From Patescibacteria group bacterium (GTDB lineage Bacteria > Patescibacteriota > Patescibacteriia > UBA2591 > JAQWAS01), in assembly GCA_028707495.1 (NCBI GenBank), contig JAQWAS010000004.1:3157-67156 (forward strand): DNA of 64,000 nt, in the 5' to 3' direction. The stretch's first letter is position 1; each line of letters begins with the position of its first letter. A program made the position numbers and the translations under genes. Of the stretch, positions 1 through 9,597 are shown piece after piece. Below the pieces are notes generated by a model. That model did not search any database. It worked only from the letters and a program-made list of their open reading frames with translations, and was not told the DNA's origin.

Positions 1-107
1 CGCTACTCTCCTCGCAATGACAAGGGAGTAAAATGGCAATCCTGTTGTAAATCACGAATGGCAATCTCGTTATCAAACACACCAAGCGCAAACACTGAAC
101 CACTTCT

Positions 108-230
108 GTCATCCTGAATTTATTTCAGGATCTGTTAGCGCTCAAAACGTCTATGTTAAATAAAACGCTCAACGTGACCACAGATGCTGAAACATCCTCC
201 GATTTGGCGGACTAGAGTTCAGCATGACAG
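108..230. repeat. Short palindromic repeat element, copy 1: module A hairpin (gtcatcctgaa/ttcaggatctgtta) followed by module B hairpin (ccacagatgctgaa/ttcagcatgac) carrying a 27-nt insert
   Basis: Near-identical modules recur at 49906-50027 and partially at 2950-2977. The 27-nt segment aacatcctccgatttggcggactagag (191-217) sits in the loop of module B here, but in the loop of module A and in reverse complement in the copy near 49.9 kb. Confidence 0.6.
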
Positions 231-239
231 AAAAAATAG

Positions 240-345
240 TGTCATTCCTTCCCCTCCTTTTTAAGGAGGGGGTCAGAGGGTGGTTGATCCTATTTTTTTA
301 AATAACTAGAACCACCCCTTTGTCCCCTCCTTGGTAAGGAGAGGA
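240..345. other. Cluster of nested GC-rich palindromes containing AAGGAGG and its complement (cccctcctt-ttt-aaggagggg; gagggtggtt...aaccacccct; tcccctcctt-ggt-aaggagagga)
   Basis: Three mutually compatible stems of 9-10 bp are visible directly in the sequence, 3' of pheT on the minus strand. No coding potential. Confidence 0.4.
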
Positions 346-375
346 TTTTATTACAGAGCCTTTATTACAAATATT

Positions 376-2820
376 CTACTTATCCCTGATCTCTACTTTA
401 AATCTATTTTTCAAAATATCGACAACTTGTTGATGAATTTTATCCACCTGTTGGCTGGTCAAAGTTTCTTTATCTGATCGATAAACTACATGAAAAGCCA
501 AACTCTTTTTATTTTCTTCAACTCCCTTATTTTGATAAATATCAAACAACTCCACTTTTCTAATCAACGGATTAGTTTTTAAAATCGCCTCCTCAATTTC
601 CTGCCATAAAATATCCTGACTAACTAACATTGAAATATCATAAATTATAGCTGGATATTGAGGCATTTTTTGATATTTAACTTGTTGAGATTTAATTTTT
701 TCTAATTCAGAAAAATTAATTTCAAAGACACCAACAGCTGGTTGAATATTAAAATTATTTAAAATTTGTGGATGAATTTCAGATATATAACCCACCAATT
801 GATTATTAACTAAAATATCTAAAGACATTTTGGGATTTAAATAAACCGGCAAATCTGACTGGCTAATTTTTAACTGATAATCGTAATTTAATTTTGATAA
901 TAAATTTTCAACCACTTCTTTAGTTTTATAAAAAGATTCTGACTCTAAAATTAAACCAGTCAACATTTTTGGCTGATAATTTAAAAATTGTTGATTTGAA
1001 TTATCAATTGGCCACTCCCCTGTTTGTTTTTGAAACACTCGTCCCAATTCAAAAATTCTCATTGCATCATAAAAACGCAAATTTTGTTGAACATTTTTTA
1101 ATAAATTGGGGATTAAACTAGTTCTTAAAAATTGTTGATCTTCAGATAAATAATTAATTAATTTCAAATGTTCGTCCAAATTTAATTTTGTTTTCTGAAT
1201 TAAATTTTGACTGACAAAAGAATAATTATAAATTTCGTTAAAATTAAAACCCTGAGTTAAAATATCTTTAAGCTGACGTTCCATTTTTTTATCATCACTT
1301 TGATAATTAATTTCAATTGATGGCATAACTGGTTGTAAATTATCATAACCATAAATTCGTGTAATTTCTTCAATTAAATCTTCGGCAATGTTAATGTCCT
1401 TAGTTGCCCGCCAACTTGGCACAACCACTGATAATTTATTTTTTAAATTTTTAACTTTAAAACCTAAACTAGTTAAAATTTTAATAACTGTTTCTGTTTT
1501 AATTTTTTGACCAAGGCGTTTAAACAATAAATCTAAATCTAAATCAATAACTTTAATTTGTTTAGAAAAATTAGCTACATCCACAATTGGACTAACCACT
1601 TCGGCCTGAGGAATAATTTGTTGAATTAAAGTTAAAGCGCGTTGCATCCCAATTTCTGCTAAGTTCGGATCAAGTGATTTTTCAAAACGCGCTGATGAAT
1701 CTGACCGCAAACCTAATTGAGTTGATCCACTTCTAATCGTCGCGCCGTCAAAATTAGCTGATTCAATAATAATTTTTGTTGTTTGATCATTAATGCCACT
1801 CCCCTTACCTCCCATAATTCCGGCAATAACCAAAGGTTGTTTTTCGTCGGCAATGACTAAAATTGATTCATCTAATTTTCTTTCTTCTTCGTCTAAGGTT
1901 GTTATTTTTTCTCCCTTTTTAGCTCGACGCACAACTATTTTATTATTTAATTTATCAGCATCAAAAGCATGTAATGGCTGACCTAATTCTTGCAAAACAT
2001 AATTAGTAATATCAACTACATTATTTATTGGTCGTTGACCAATAGCTATTAATTGTTGTTGCAACCAACTTGGTGATGAGGCGATTTTAATATTATCAAC
2101 TATCACCCCCATATAACGTGGGCATAATTTTTTATCTTCAACTTTAATTTCCAATTTTTGAATTCTTGAATTTTCTAATTTTTTAATTTTTGGTGTCTTT
2201 AATTCTACTGGTTTTAATTTTAAATTATATAAAGCTGCGACTTCGCGCGCCATACCATAATGTCCCCATAAATCCGGCCGATTAGTTAATGACTTATTAT
2301 CAATTTCTAAAATAATATCGTCTAGACCCAATGCCCCAGCTAATGACTGACCGATTTTTAAATTGGCATCAGTTAAATCCATAATCGCATGGTCATCGGC
2401 CATTGGAAACATTTCAGCTAAACCGATTTCTGAAGACGCACAAATCATCCCTTGTGATTCTTCGCCCCGAATTTTAACTGGTTCTAAGGTAACCAAATCG
2501 CCTTCTCCATGCCATCTAACTTGCGCGCCAATTAAGGCCACCGCTGTCAACATATTTTCTTTTAAATTTGAACCACCACAGACAATTTTTAAATTTGTCT
2601 TTTGACTTATATCTACCCACGCTAATTTTAATTTATCAGCATTTGGATGCTGTTCAAGTTTGACCACCTTACCTACGACTATTTTATCTAAATCCTGTCC
2701 TATTTTTTTAACTTCCTCAACTTCAACCGTTGACATGGTTAATTTTAAAGCGAGATCTTGTGGTTTAAGATTTTTTGGTAGATCGACAAATTTTTGTAGA
2801 AATTTTAGGGATATATTCAT
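376..2820 (-). CDS. pheT: Phenylalanyl-tRNA synthetase beta subunit
   Basis: Long ORF with an N-terminal tRNA-binding region (KVVKLEQHPNADKLKLAWVD) and B3/B4/B5 and class-II-like core regions typical of PheT. It lies directly downstream of pheS in the canonical pheS-pheT order. The track ORF starts at 2904, but the first 28 residues are low-complexity, so the internal MNISLKF methionine at 2820 is the likely true start. Confidence 0.9.
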   Translation of the reverse strand: MNISLKFLQKFVDLPKNLKPQDLALKLTMSTVEVEEVKKIGQDLDKIVVGKVVKLEQHPNADKLKLAWVDISQKTNLKIVCGGSNLKENMLTAVALIGAQVRWHGEGDLVTLEPVKIRGEESQGMICASSEIGLAEMFPMADDHAIMDLTDANLKIGQSLAGALGLDDIILEIDNKSLTNRPDLWGHYGMAREVAALYNLKLKPVELKTPKIKKLENSRIQKLEIKVEDKKLCPRYMGVIVDNIKIASSPSWLQQQLIAIGQRPINNVVDITNYVLQELGQPLHAFDADKLNNKIVVRRAKKGEKITTLDEEERKLDESILVIADEKQPLVIAGIMGGKGSGINDQTTKIIIESANFDGATIRSGSTQLGLRSDSSARFEKSLDPNLAEIGMQRALTLIQQIIPQAEVVSPIVDVANFSKQIKVIDLDLDLLFKRLGQKIKTETVIKILTSLGFKVKNLKNKLSVVVPSWRATKDINIAEDLIEEITRIYGYDNLQPVMPSIEINYQSDDKKMERQLKDILTQGFNFNEIYNYSFVSQNLIQKTKLNLDEHLKLINYLSEDQQFLRTSLIPNLLKNVQQNLRFYDAMRIFELGRVFQKQTGEWPIDNSNQQFLNYQPKMLTGLILESESFYKTKEVVENLLSKLNYDYQLKISQSDLPVYLNPKMSLDILVNNQLVGYISEIHPQILNNFNIQPAVGVFEINFSELEKIKSQQVKYQKMPQYPAIIYDISMLVSQDILWQEIEEAILKTNPLIRKVELFDIYQNKGVEENKKSLAFHVVYRSDKETLTSQQVDKIHQQVVDILKNRFKVEIRDK

Positions 2821-2949
2821 ATTAAAATTATTTTTGTCATTCCCACGCAAGCCGGAACCTAAGGTCAAGAACAACAAACTTTTTCTAAAATAAATTATAT
2901 TCAATTTAAAAAGATTTTTTTAAATCAAAGTATTTATTTGATTAACCCT

Positions 2950-2977
2950 AGATCCTGAATCAAGTTCAGGATGACAC
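2950..2977. repeat. Short copy of the module A palindrome (agatcctgaa-tcaag-ttcaggatgac) between pheS and pheT
   Basis: Reverse-complement match to module A at 108-149 and 49906-49966. Confidence 0.5.
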
Positions 2978-2987
2978 TTTAAAATTG

Positions 2988-4049
2988 TTAAAATTGTTTA
3001 AGAAAACGTAAATCGCCTGAATTTAATAAACGAATATCATCAATGCCATATTTCATCATCACTAAACGCGTTAAACCTAAACCAAAGGCAAAACCAGAAT
3101 ATTTTTTAGAATCAACACCGGCGTGTTTTAACACGTTTGGATGAACCATACCGCAAGGCAATAATTCCAACCAGCCAGATTGTTTACAGACCGAACAACC
3201 TTTGCCTCCGCAAATTAAACATTGAATATCTAATTCAAATCCTGGTTCAACAAAAGGAAAATAACCTGGTCGCAAACGAATTTTTACTTCTTGTTTAAAA
3301 ATACCTTGTAATAAAACTTTCATTACCGCAATTAAATTGGCAATTGAAATATTTTTATCTATCATTAACCCTTCCATTTGATAAAAAGTATTTTCATGTG
3401 AAGCGTCCATGGCCTCATAACGAAAACAACGTCCTGGGAAAACTCCACGAAAAGGCACACCGTATTTTTTTAAAGCTCGCACCTGCATCGCTGATGTATG
3501 AGTGCGTAATAATAAACGATTATCATTTTTAACCTTATCGCCATTGTCAACAAAAAACGTATCCTGCATATCTCGAGCTGGATGATCAGCGGGGATATTT
3601 AAAGCTTCAAAATTAAAAAATTCTGATTCCAATTCTGGTCCGTCTAAAATTTTAAAACCTAATGATTTAAAAATATCTTCCAATTCATATTGCACAATTG
3701 AATTAGGATGCCAATGCCCTAATTTTTCTTTATCAATTGGATAAGTTAAATCAACGTCTTTTTGATTTAAATTAATTTTATTTTTAAATTCTTGCTGTTT
3801 AATTTCTAATTCTTTTTCAATGAATTGTTTAATTTGATTAGCCAATGGACCAATTTCCTTTTTTTGCTCGACTGATAAATCTTTTAAACCACGTAAAATT
3901 TCAGTTAATTGACCCTGCTTACGACCAAGATATTTTTTTTCTATATTAATTAAATCTATTTCATTTTTTACAAATGAAATATCGTTTAAAAAATCTTGTT
4001 GAATTTTTTCTAATTTTGCTCGCATAATTGTTGACGTGCCTGACGGCAA
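2988..4049 (-). CDS. pheS: Phenylalanyl-tRNA synthetase alpha subunit
   Basis: Class II aaRS core motifs (FRYEAMDASHENTFYQMEGL, GFAFGLGLTRLVMMKYGIDDIRLL). N-terminal coiled-coil tRNA-binding arm. Upstream of pheT. The start may instead be the MRAKL methionine 8 codons in. Confidence 0.9.
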   Translation of the reverse strand: MPSGTSTIMRAKLEKIQQDFLNDISFVKNEIDLINIEKKYLGRKQGQLTEILRGLKDLSVEQKKEIGPLANQIKQFIEKELEIKQQEFKNKINLNQKDVDLTYPIDKEKLGHWHPNSIVQYELEDIFKSLGFKILDGPELESEFFNFEALNIPADHPARDMQDTFFVDNGDKVKNDNRLLLRTHTSAMQVRALKKYGVPFRGVFPGRCFRYEAMDASHENTFYQMEGLMIDKNISIANLIAVMKVLLQGIFKQEVKIRLRPGYFPFVEPGFELDIQCLICGGKGCSVCKQSGWLELLPCGMVHPNVLKHAGVDSKKYSGFAFGLGLTRLVMMKYGIDDIRLLNSGDLRFLKQF

Positions 4050-4408
4050 ATAAAATAAATTTCTAAACTAGTTAAAAATAATAAAAATAAAATAATATTC
4101 CACCAACATAATAATTTGAAACTCTGTAATAATAGTAAAAAAACAATCAATAAACTAAATAAAATTGCTTGCCGAAAAGCTAAAACGACTAATTGCATTG
4201 CTGGTCGATTTCTAATACTTTTAAATCTTAGTAAAACACCCAAAATAGCAAACGTCCCCATGCAACTTAAAAATAGGCTAACATAAAACATACCAAAGCC
4301 CCAAATATCTGTGATTTGTGGATCAATATTAAAAAGAACCAAGCCAAAAGCTGTCCAACAAATTACTGTCGCTACGGCCATTAAAATTAAATATTGTTTC
4401 AGATTCAT
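4010..4408 (-). CDS. Small integral membrane protein (4 predicted TM helices), function unknown
   Basis: 132-aa ORF, strongly hydrophobic. Overlaps the pheS start by about 40 nt, so it may be translationally coupled. Confidence 0.45.
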   Translation of the reverse strand: MNLKQYLILMAVATVICWTAFGLVLFNIDPQITDIWGFGMFYVSLFLSCMGTFAILGVLLRFKSIRNRPAMQLVVLAFRQAILFSLLIVFLLLLQSFKLLCWWNIILFLLFLTSLEIYFICRQARQQLCEQN

Positions 4409-4503
4409 ATCTTATATTATAACAAATTCTAAAAAATAAAAAAAGCTTTTGAAGCTAATTTTATTTATATTTTTCTTGTTTCAATATTTATAAAATATTT
4501 TTT

Positions 4504-6264
4504 CTAACCCACAAAAATACTCCCCACAGTTTTACAAGTATCTTCAAAAGTTTTGCCTTTGGATAATTTTTGTTTTTTTAATTCAATTTTTTTTATATCT
4601 GCTATAACTTTCTTTAATAATCTATTTACCTGAGAAGCTTCAATTAATTTTTTTAAATTTTCTACATCTCCATCGCCAGCAGCTACTTCAACCTTTAAGA
4701 CACGCAATTTTTGAATTAACTTTACATACTGCTTTCTACTTTCTAAATCTAACTCATCATTGTCAATTCGATCTACCAAATTAGTTAAATTTTCAATTGT
4801 TAATTCCAACTCTTTTTCTTTGTTCGTTTCGGGCGCTGGTGAAGGCTCTTTAAATGAAGAAGGTTGAGGTGACACTAATTCTGGTTCAGGCTGTGGCTGT
4901 GGCTGTGGTTCTGGTTCTGGAGTTGGAGTTGGATCGGAAGTTGGTTCTTTTTTATTTTTTTCATCTAACGCCGGCTCTTTATTGTCAAAATTTTCCCCAT
5001 CTCCACTTTTATTTTTAAAAAGTTGAGTCAATTTCTCTCGATGAAGTCTTGTAAATCTATCTCTTAAATAATCATCACCCAAAGCTTTAAAAATTTTATT
5101 TATATCAACCAATTCCTGTTCTAATTCTTTTTTAAAACGCATCAATTCTTCAATTTTAACATCTTTATCTACTAGACTAATCTTGCCAACTCTGTAATCA
5201 TTTTCCAAGTGGCCAATTTCGGTTTCAATTTTATCTATTTCATCACTAATGTCTGATGACGTAGTACATAAAAAAGTTTCTAAAGAATCAGACATACATG
5301 TTCGATCATTTTCTATCTTATAAACACTATAATAAATGCCTTGCTGAACTTGTTCTTGAAGATCTTTTAAGCGAGCTAAATCTTCATTTAGTTTATCTAA
5401 TTCTCCTTGAGATAATTCTCCTAAATTTTGTTGTTCAATAATACACCCTTTATATCTATCAATATACTTCGTGACTAATTCTTTCATTTCATTTTCCATC
5501 TTCTCCCCTTTTTCTTGAGGCGTTAATTCAGCTTCTCTTTCTAGCTCTTGTTGTGTTGCCTGCTGATTTCGGTCTATTTCTGTTGCCACCTTTCCTAATT
5601 CATCTTCTGCCTGACTCTTTTCTGGCTCAGGATTAACTCCTGAATTATTTTTAACTATCTCTTCCACCCTCTCTTCAGCAGACTCTTTAGCTTCTTCAGA
5701 TTGTCCTTGCATATCTTCATCTAAACTCATAAAATCTGTTTTTAATCTTTGCCACCAAGATTTTTTTTCTGGCGGTTTAGTTGTTTTTTCCTCTAAAGCT
5801 TTCTTTTCTTGATATTCTGTAAAGCCGGCTAATTTTTCTATATCAGCAATGATTTGATTTAGTTTTTCCTGTTTAGATTTTAAAAGTCCCAAACTCAAAG
5901 ATTTTTTATCTGAATCAATTTTATCGTCATTTTCTGTTCTTTCTGTTAAATTATTAATCCTATCTAATTCGCTTTTTAAACGCTCATATAGTGGCATAAA
6001 TGTCCTGACTTCTTTATTTGTTCTGTCGCCTTTAGAATTTTTTACAGATACTTCTGTTTCAATATCACCAAAAAAATCTCCTTGCTCAATTTTTTTACAA
6101 TAAGCTTTTCCCACACAGATCGCATTATCACCAAATCTTCTATCAATATCATCAGCTACTTGCAAATTTTCAACTAAATATTTTGTTATATCGTCACTAC
6201 TATTTTTAATCGCCTCTATTTTTTCAAACTCATCTAATGTTGATGTTTTTTTTTCACCCTCCAT
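4504..6264 (-). CDS. Large acidic coiled-coil protein with a PEPEPQPQPQPEPE low-complexity linker
   Basis: 586 aa, no signal peptide, long heptad-like E/K/L-rich stretches. The linker is encoded by a (ctgtgg)n-type hexanucleotide microsatellite around 4890-4925. Confidence 0.55.
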   Translation of the reverse strand: MEGEKKTSTLDEFEKIEAIKNSSDDITKYLVENLQVADDIDRRFGDNAICVGKAYCKKIEQGDFFGDIETEVSVKNSKGDRTNKEVRTFMPLYERLKSELDRINNLTERTENDDKIDSDKKSLSLGLLKSKQEKLNQIIADIEKLAGFTEYQEKKALEEKTTKPPEKKSWWQRLKTDFMSLDEDMQGQSEEAKESAEERVEEIVKNNSGVNPEPEKSQAEDELGKVATEIDRNQQATQQELEREAELTPQEKGEKMENEMKELVTKYIDRYKGCIIEQQNLGELSQGELDKLNEDLARLKDLQEQVQQGIYYSVYKIENDRTCMSDSLETFLCTTSSDISDEIDKIETEIGHLENDYRVGKISLVDKDVKIEELMRFKKELEQELVDINKIFKALGDDYLRDRFTRLHREKLTQLFKNKSGDGENFDNKEPALDEKNKKEPTSDPTPTPEPEPQPQPQPEPELVSPQPSSFKEPSPAPETNKEKELELTIENLTNLVDRIDNDELDLESRKQYVKLIQKLRVLKVEVAAGDGDVENLKKLIEASQVNRLLKKVIADIKKIELKKQKLSKGKTFEDTCKTVGSIFVG

Positions 6265-6288
6265 ATAAATAAAATTAAAATATAAATA

Positions 6289-6477
6289 TTATTCTAAATC
6301 TTTTCTAATTTGCTTAATTTTCTTTTTTTCTAAAGCCCGTGCAAAATTATTAATGATTTGATCTTGTTTCTTTTTTAATTGCTCTAAATCTTTTAAAAAG
6401 TCTTTATAAATCGCCCGCATACGATCTATTTTTTCTTGAGCCTGTTGTGGTGTTAAATCCTTTTTATTTTTAATCAT
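6289..6477 (-). CDS. Small coiled-coil protein, function unknown
   Basis: 62-aa charged helical ORF between the coiled-coil gene and the helicase gene, on the same strand. Confidence 0.35.
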   Translation of the reverse strand: MIKNKKDLTPQQAQEKIDRMRAIYKDFLKDLEQLKKKQDQIINNFARALEKKKIKQIRKDLE

Positions 6478-6536
6478 AAATTTATTTAAACTATTTCTAT
6501 CTTAGCATAAATAAAACGCTTTGTCAAAATTTATTT

Positions 6537-9509
6537 TTATCCTTGGCTATGTTCACAAATGTCCCTGAAATCACAATACTGACACGTGAACTTAGATGGC
6601 GTCGCTGGAAAATGGCTAACTTTAATATCTTGAATAATTTTTAAAATTTTATTTCTTAATTTATCTAGCTCTGCCTGACTGCCTAAAAAAGAAACTGCTT
6701 GATTGTTATTTAAATAATAAAAAGTTAACTTTTTAATTTCATTTTTGAAAATTTGTTGACCAGCCATTTGGTAAATTAAAAGTTGTTCCTTATCTTCAGA
6801 GTTTAAACCTTTGGCGTCTTTGGGACTACCGGTTTTATAATCAATAATTTCAATCTGGCCGTCTCCTAAATCATCAACTCGATCAATTTGCCCTCGCAAG
6901 CTGTATTTATCTAAAGTAAAATTAAAACCAATTTCTAAAAATTTAACTTGCGGTTTTTCCTGTTTAATTTTTTGATAAAAATCTTTTAAAATTTGTTCTC
7001 CCTGTTGAAAGTATTTTTCTTTTTGTTTTTTATCTAAATACCAATCGTCGATCCAATTTTCTTGATAAAGTCTCATTAAATCCCCCAAACTTGGAATTTT
7101 ATTTTCAACTGATTGGTTCTTTTCAAATATGGAGGGTTGTTTTAATTTCTGATCTAAAATCTGTTGGAAAAATTTATACAAAGTCGCATGCATGGTTTTA
7201 CCAAAACTAAAAGTAAACCGCCCGCGAACGGGAATTTTTAAAATATGAGCGAATTTATATTGCAAAGGGCAAGTCTCAAAAGCCTTCAATTGAGTAAAAC
7301 TGAATTTATCCGGTAAGACTTCGATTCTCGTTTTAACTTCGTTTAAACTGCCAGTTTTAATCGATAAATTTTTGTAACGCTGTTTTAAGTTTAAAACTTT
7401 TTCATCTTCAGACGTTAAAACAGGATTGAAATCTAACTCAGTTAAAAAACGTGATATTTTTTTCTTGCGTGTTCCACCATAATCTTCGGCTGAAGTTAAA
7501 AATAAACCTTGTTTAGCCCGCGTCATGGCTACGTAAAATAAACGTCGCTCCTCTTGCAAATGGACATCACCGCTAGGTATAATTTCTTTAACCAAATCGG
7601 TCGGCAACTCAATAGCTTCTGAACGTTCTATACTTGGAAAACGTTTATCAACTAAATTAACAATAAAAACGTATTTAAATTCTAAACCCTTTGAACCGTG
7701 GATAGTCATAATTTTAACCGAGTCTGGACTAGACTGTTCTAGAGAATTATGTAAACTACCCATATCCCCCGCCTCTAAAGCTAAATCGATAAATTCTCGA
7801 AAATTATTGATTGATTTGTCAAGATTAACTCTTTCAAATTCTTCAACTTTTTTCAAAAATTGGTTTAACCAATTTAAACTGTCAAAATTAATTTTGGTTT
7901 CTTGCTGGGTTAAAATTTTTAAATAACCGCTATCTTCCAAAAAACTAAAAATAATTTTACCAACAGATTGGTTGACCGCCAATTGAGTATGTTTTTGAAT
8001 TAAACCCAAAAGCTTGGTAATCGTTTTTAAGCTAGTCTGTTTTAAATTTGATAAACTTGGAGCCTGATTTAAAGCTTCATATAATGACCAATTTTTACGT
8101 CGACTAAAATAAGTTAAAGTATGTAAATCGTCGATGTTAATTTTAAAAACAGGCGAATTTAAAACTCGAAACAAGGCCGAGCTTTCGTGATAGTCATCGA
8201 GCAATCTTAAATAAGCTAAAATATCTAGAATAATCGGTTTTTTATACAAACCCGTTGAGGCTAAAAATTCATGCGGTACTTCAGCCCATTCTAACATTTG
8301 GATAAATAAATCCGCTTGATTATTAGCCCGAACTAAAATAGCACAATCACTCCATTTTAAATCTGGATCTGTTTTTTTAAATTCTAAAATTTGACTAACC
8401 ACCTTTTCAGCTTCATCTTCTTGCGTAGCTAAATGAAAGTGTTTAATTTGGGTTTGATAATCTTGTTGACTAATTAATTTTTTACTAATTTGCATACCAG
8501 CTGTAGTTTGCAACTGTATTTCTAGACGATTGGGATTGTTGAGTTGAATAAAATTGTAGCTTAAATCCAAAATAGGCTGACCAGAACGATAATTTTTAAT
8601 TAAAACTACATTTTGAGCTAACGGGTAATCTTTTTTAAATTGTAAAACATTACTAACTGATGCCCCGCGAAATTTATAAATTGACTGATCATCATCAGCA
8701 CAGACTGTTAAATTGTTGTTAGGTTGAGCTAATAATTTAACCAATTCATATTGAGCATAGTTAGTGTCTTGAAATTCATCGACTAAAATATATTTAAATT
8801 GCTGTTGATATTTTTGTAAAATTAATGGACGTTCTTTAAACAATTTTAAAGTGTAATTAATCAAATCTCCAAAGTCTAAACTGTTATTGTCGAGTAAAAT
8901 TTGTTGATAGGTATGATAAGCATTAGCAACCTCTTGTAAACGACTAACTTCTTGCTTTAAACCTTGGCTTGACATACTCGTGTCCTGATTTAAAATTTGT
9001 TCTTCGCTAAATTTAAGATAATCTGCTGGCGACAAAAGTTCATCTTTACAACGACTAAAATGTTTAATTAAAGCTTGAATAAATTTAGTTGGATTGCCTA
9101 AGGGTTTGTAATAATCTAAATCAAATTTATCTAAATTTTGACGAATTAATAATGATTGATCGGTTTGATTAAGTAATTTGAAATTATCTGGCAAACCAAT
9201 ATCAATTGCATACTGATGTAAAATTCGTTCCCCAAAAGCATGAAAAGTTGACACCCACAAATCAACATAGCCATAAGGTAATAACTTGTCCACTCGCTCC
9301 TCCATCTCGCCAGCTGCTTTGTCAGTAAAAGTCAACGCTAAAATTTGATTAGGTTCAGCTAATTTTTGGTCAATCAACCAAGCAATGCGACGAGTAATCA
9401 CCGTGGTTTTGCCTGTCCCCGCTCCTGCCACAATTAAAAGTGGTCCTTGCTTGTGTTTGACTGCCTGCTCTTGTTCGGGATTTAAATTTTGTAAAATATT
9501 ATCCAGCAT
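6537..9509 (-). CDS. UvrD/PcrA-family ATP-dependent DNA helicase fused to a C-terminal PD-(D/E)xK (Cas4/RecB-like) nuclease domain with a Cys cluster
   Basis: Walker A AGAGTGKT near the N-terminus and UvrD-family helicase motifs through about residue 650. C-terminal GQIDRVD...IIDYKTG...QLLIYQ and a terminal CQYCDFRDICEH Fe-S-type cysteine cluster typical of AddA/Cas4-like nucleases. Confidence 0.85.
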   Translation of the reverse strand: MLDNILQNLNPEQEQAVKHKQGPLLIVAGAGTGKTTVITRRIAWLIDQKLAEPNQILALTFTDKAAGEMEERVDKLLPYGYVDLWVSTFHAFGERILHQYAIDIGLPDNFKLLNQTDQSLLIRQNLDKFDLDYYKPLGNPTKFIQALIKHFSRCKDELLSPADYLKFSEEQILNQDTSMSSQGLKQEVSRLQEVANAYHTYQQILLDNNSLDFGDLINYTLKLFKERPLILQKYQQQFKYILVDEFQDTNYAQYELVKLLAQPNNNLTVCADDDQSIYKFRGASVSNVLQFKKDYPLAQNVVLIKNYRSGQPILDLSYNFIQLNNPNRLEIQLQTTAGMQISKKLISQQDYQTQIKHFHLATQEDEAEKVVSQILEFKKTDPDLKWSDCAILVRANNQADLFIQMLEWAEVPHEFLASTGLYKKPIILDILAYLRLLDDYHESSALFRVLNSPVFKINIDDLHTLTYFSRRKNWSLYEALNQAPSLSNLKQTSLKTITKLLGLIQKHTQLAVNQSVGKIIFSFLEDSGYLKILTQQETKINFDSLNWLNQFLKKVEEFERVNLDKSINNFREFIDLALEAGDMGSLHNSLEQSSPDSVKIMTIHGSKGLEFKYVFIVNLVDKRFPSIERSEAIELPTDLVKEIIPSGDVHLQEERRLFYVAMTRAKQGLFLTSAEDYGGTRKKKISRFLTELDFNPVLTSEDEKVLNLKQRYKNLSIKTGSLNEVKTRIEVLPDKFSFTQLKAFETCPLQYKFAHILKIPVRGRFTFSFGKTMHATLYKFFQQILDQKLKQPSIFEKNQSVENKIPSLGDLMRLYQENWIDDWYLDKKQKEKYFQQGEQILKDFYQKIKQEKPQVKFLEIGFNFTLDKYSLRGQIDRVDDLGDGQIEIIDYKTGSPKDAKGLNSEDKEQLLIYQMAGQQIFKNEIKKLTFYYLNNNQAVSFLGSQAELDKLRNKILKIIQDIKVSHFPATPSKFTCQYCDFRDICEHSQG

Positions 9510-9597
9510 TATTTAAATTAAAGTTATCTTATGTTTATTTTAACTTTTAATTAGTTAAAGGTAAAGCTGTTAACTTTTAAAAATACATTTTAAGCCC

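Noticed and set aside
1-111. Minus-strand ORF starting at an ATG at 111 and running off the window start (MTEVVQCLRLVCLITRLPFVIYNRIAILLPCHCEESS...)
   Set aside because: Only 37 codons are visible, with no recognisable motif. The ATG lies inside the module A hairpin of the repeat element, and the region is dense in palindromes. Evidence is insufficient to call a gene.
1793-2893. Several 60-100-aa plus-strand ORFs in the track (1793..1981, 2363..2605, 2660..2893) and similar short ORFs nested in or antisense to ileS, the helicase, ligA, the 992-aa and 1181-aa genes and the 2814-aa gene
   Set aside because: They lie entirely inside long, well-supported genes on the opposite strand or in an alternate frame. 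They have low-complexity translations typical of antisense AT-rich DNA and no start context. They are treated as spurious.
4880-4930. The tandem ctgtgg/ctggtt repeats as a CRISPR-like or regulatory repeat array
   Set aside because: They are in frame within the coiled-coil gene and encode the PEPEPQPQPQPEPE linker. This is a coding microsatellite, not an array.
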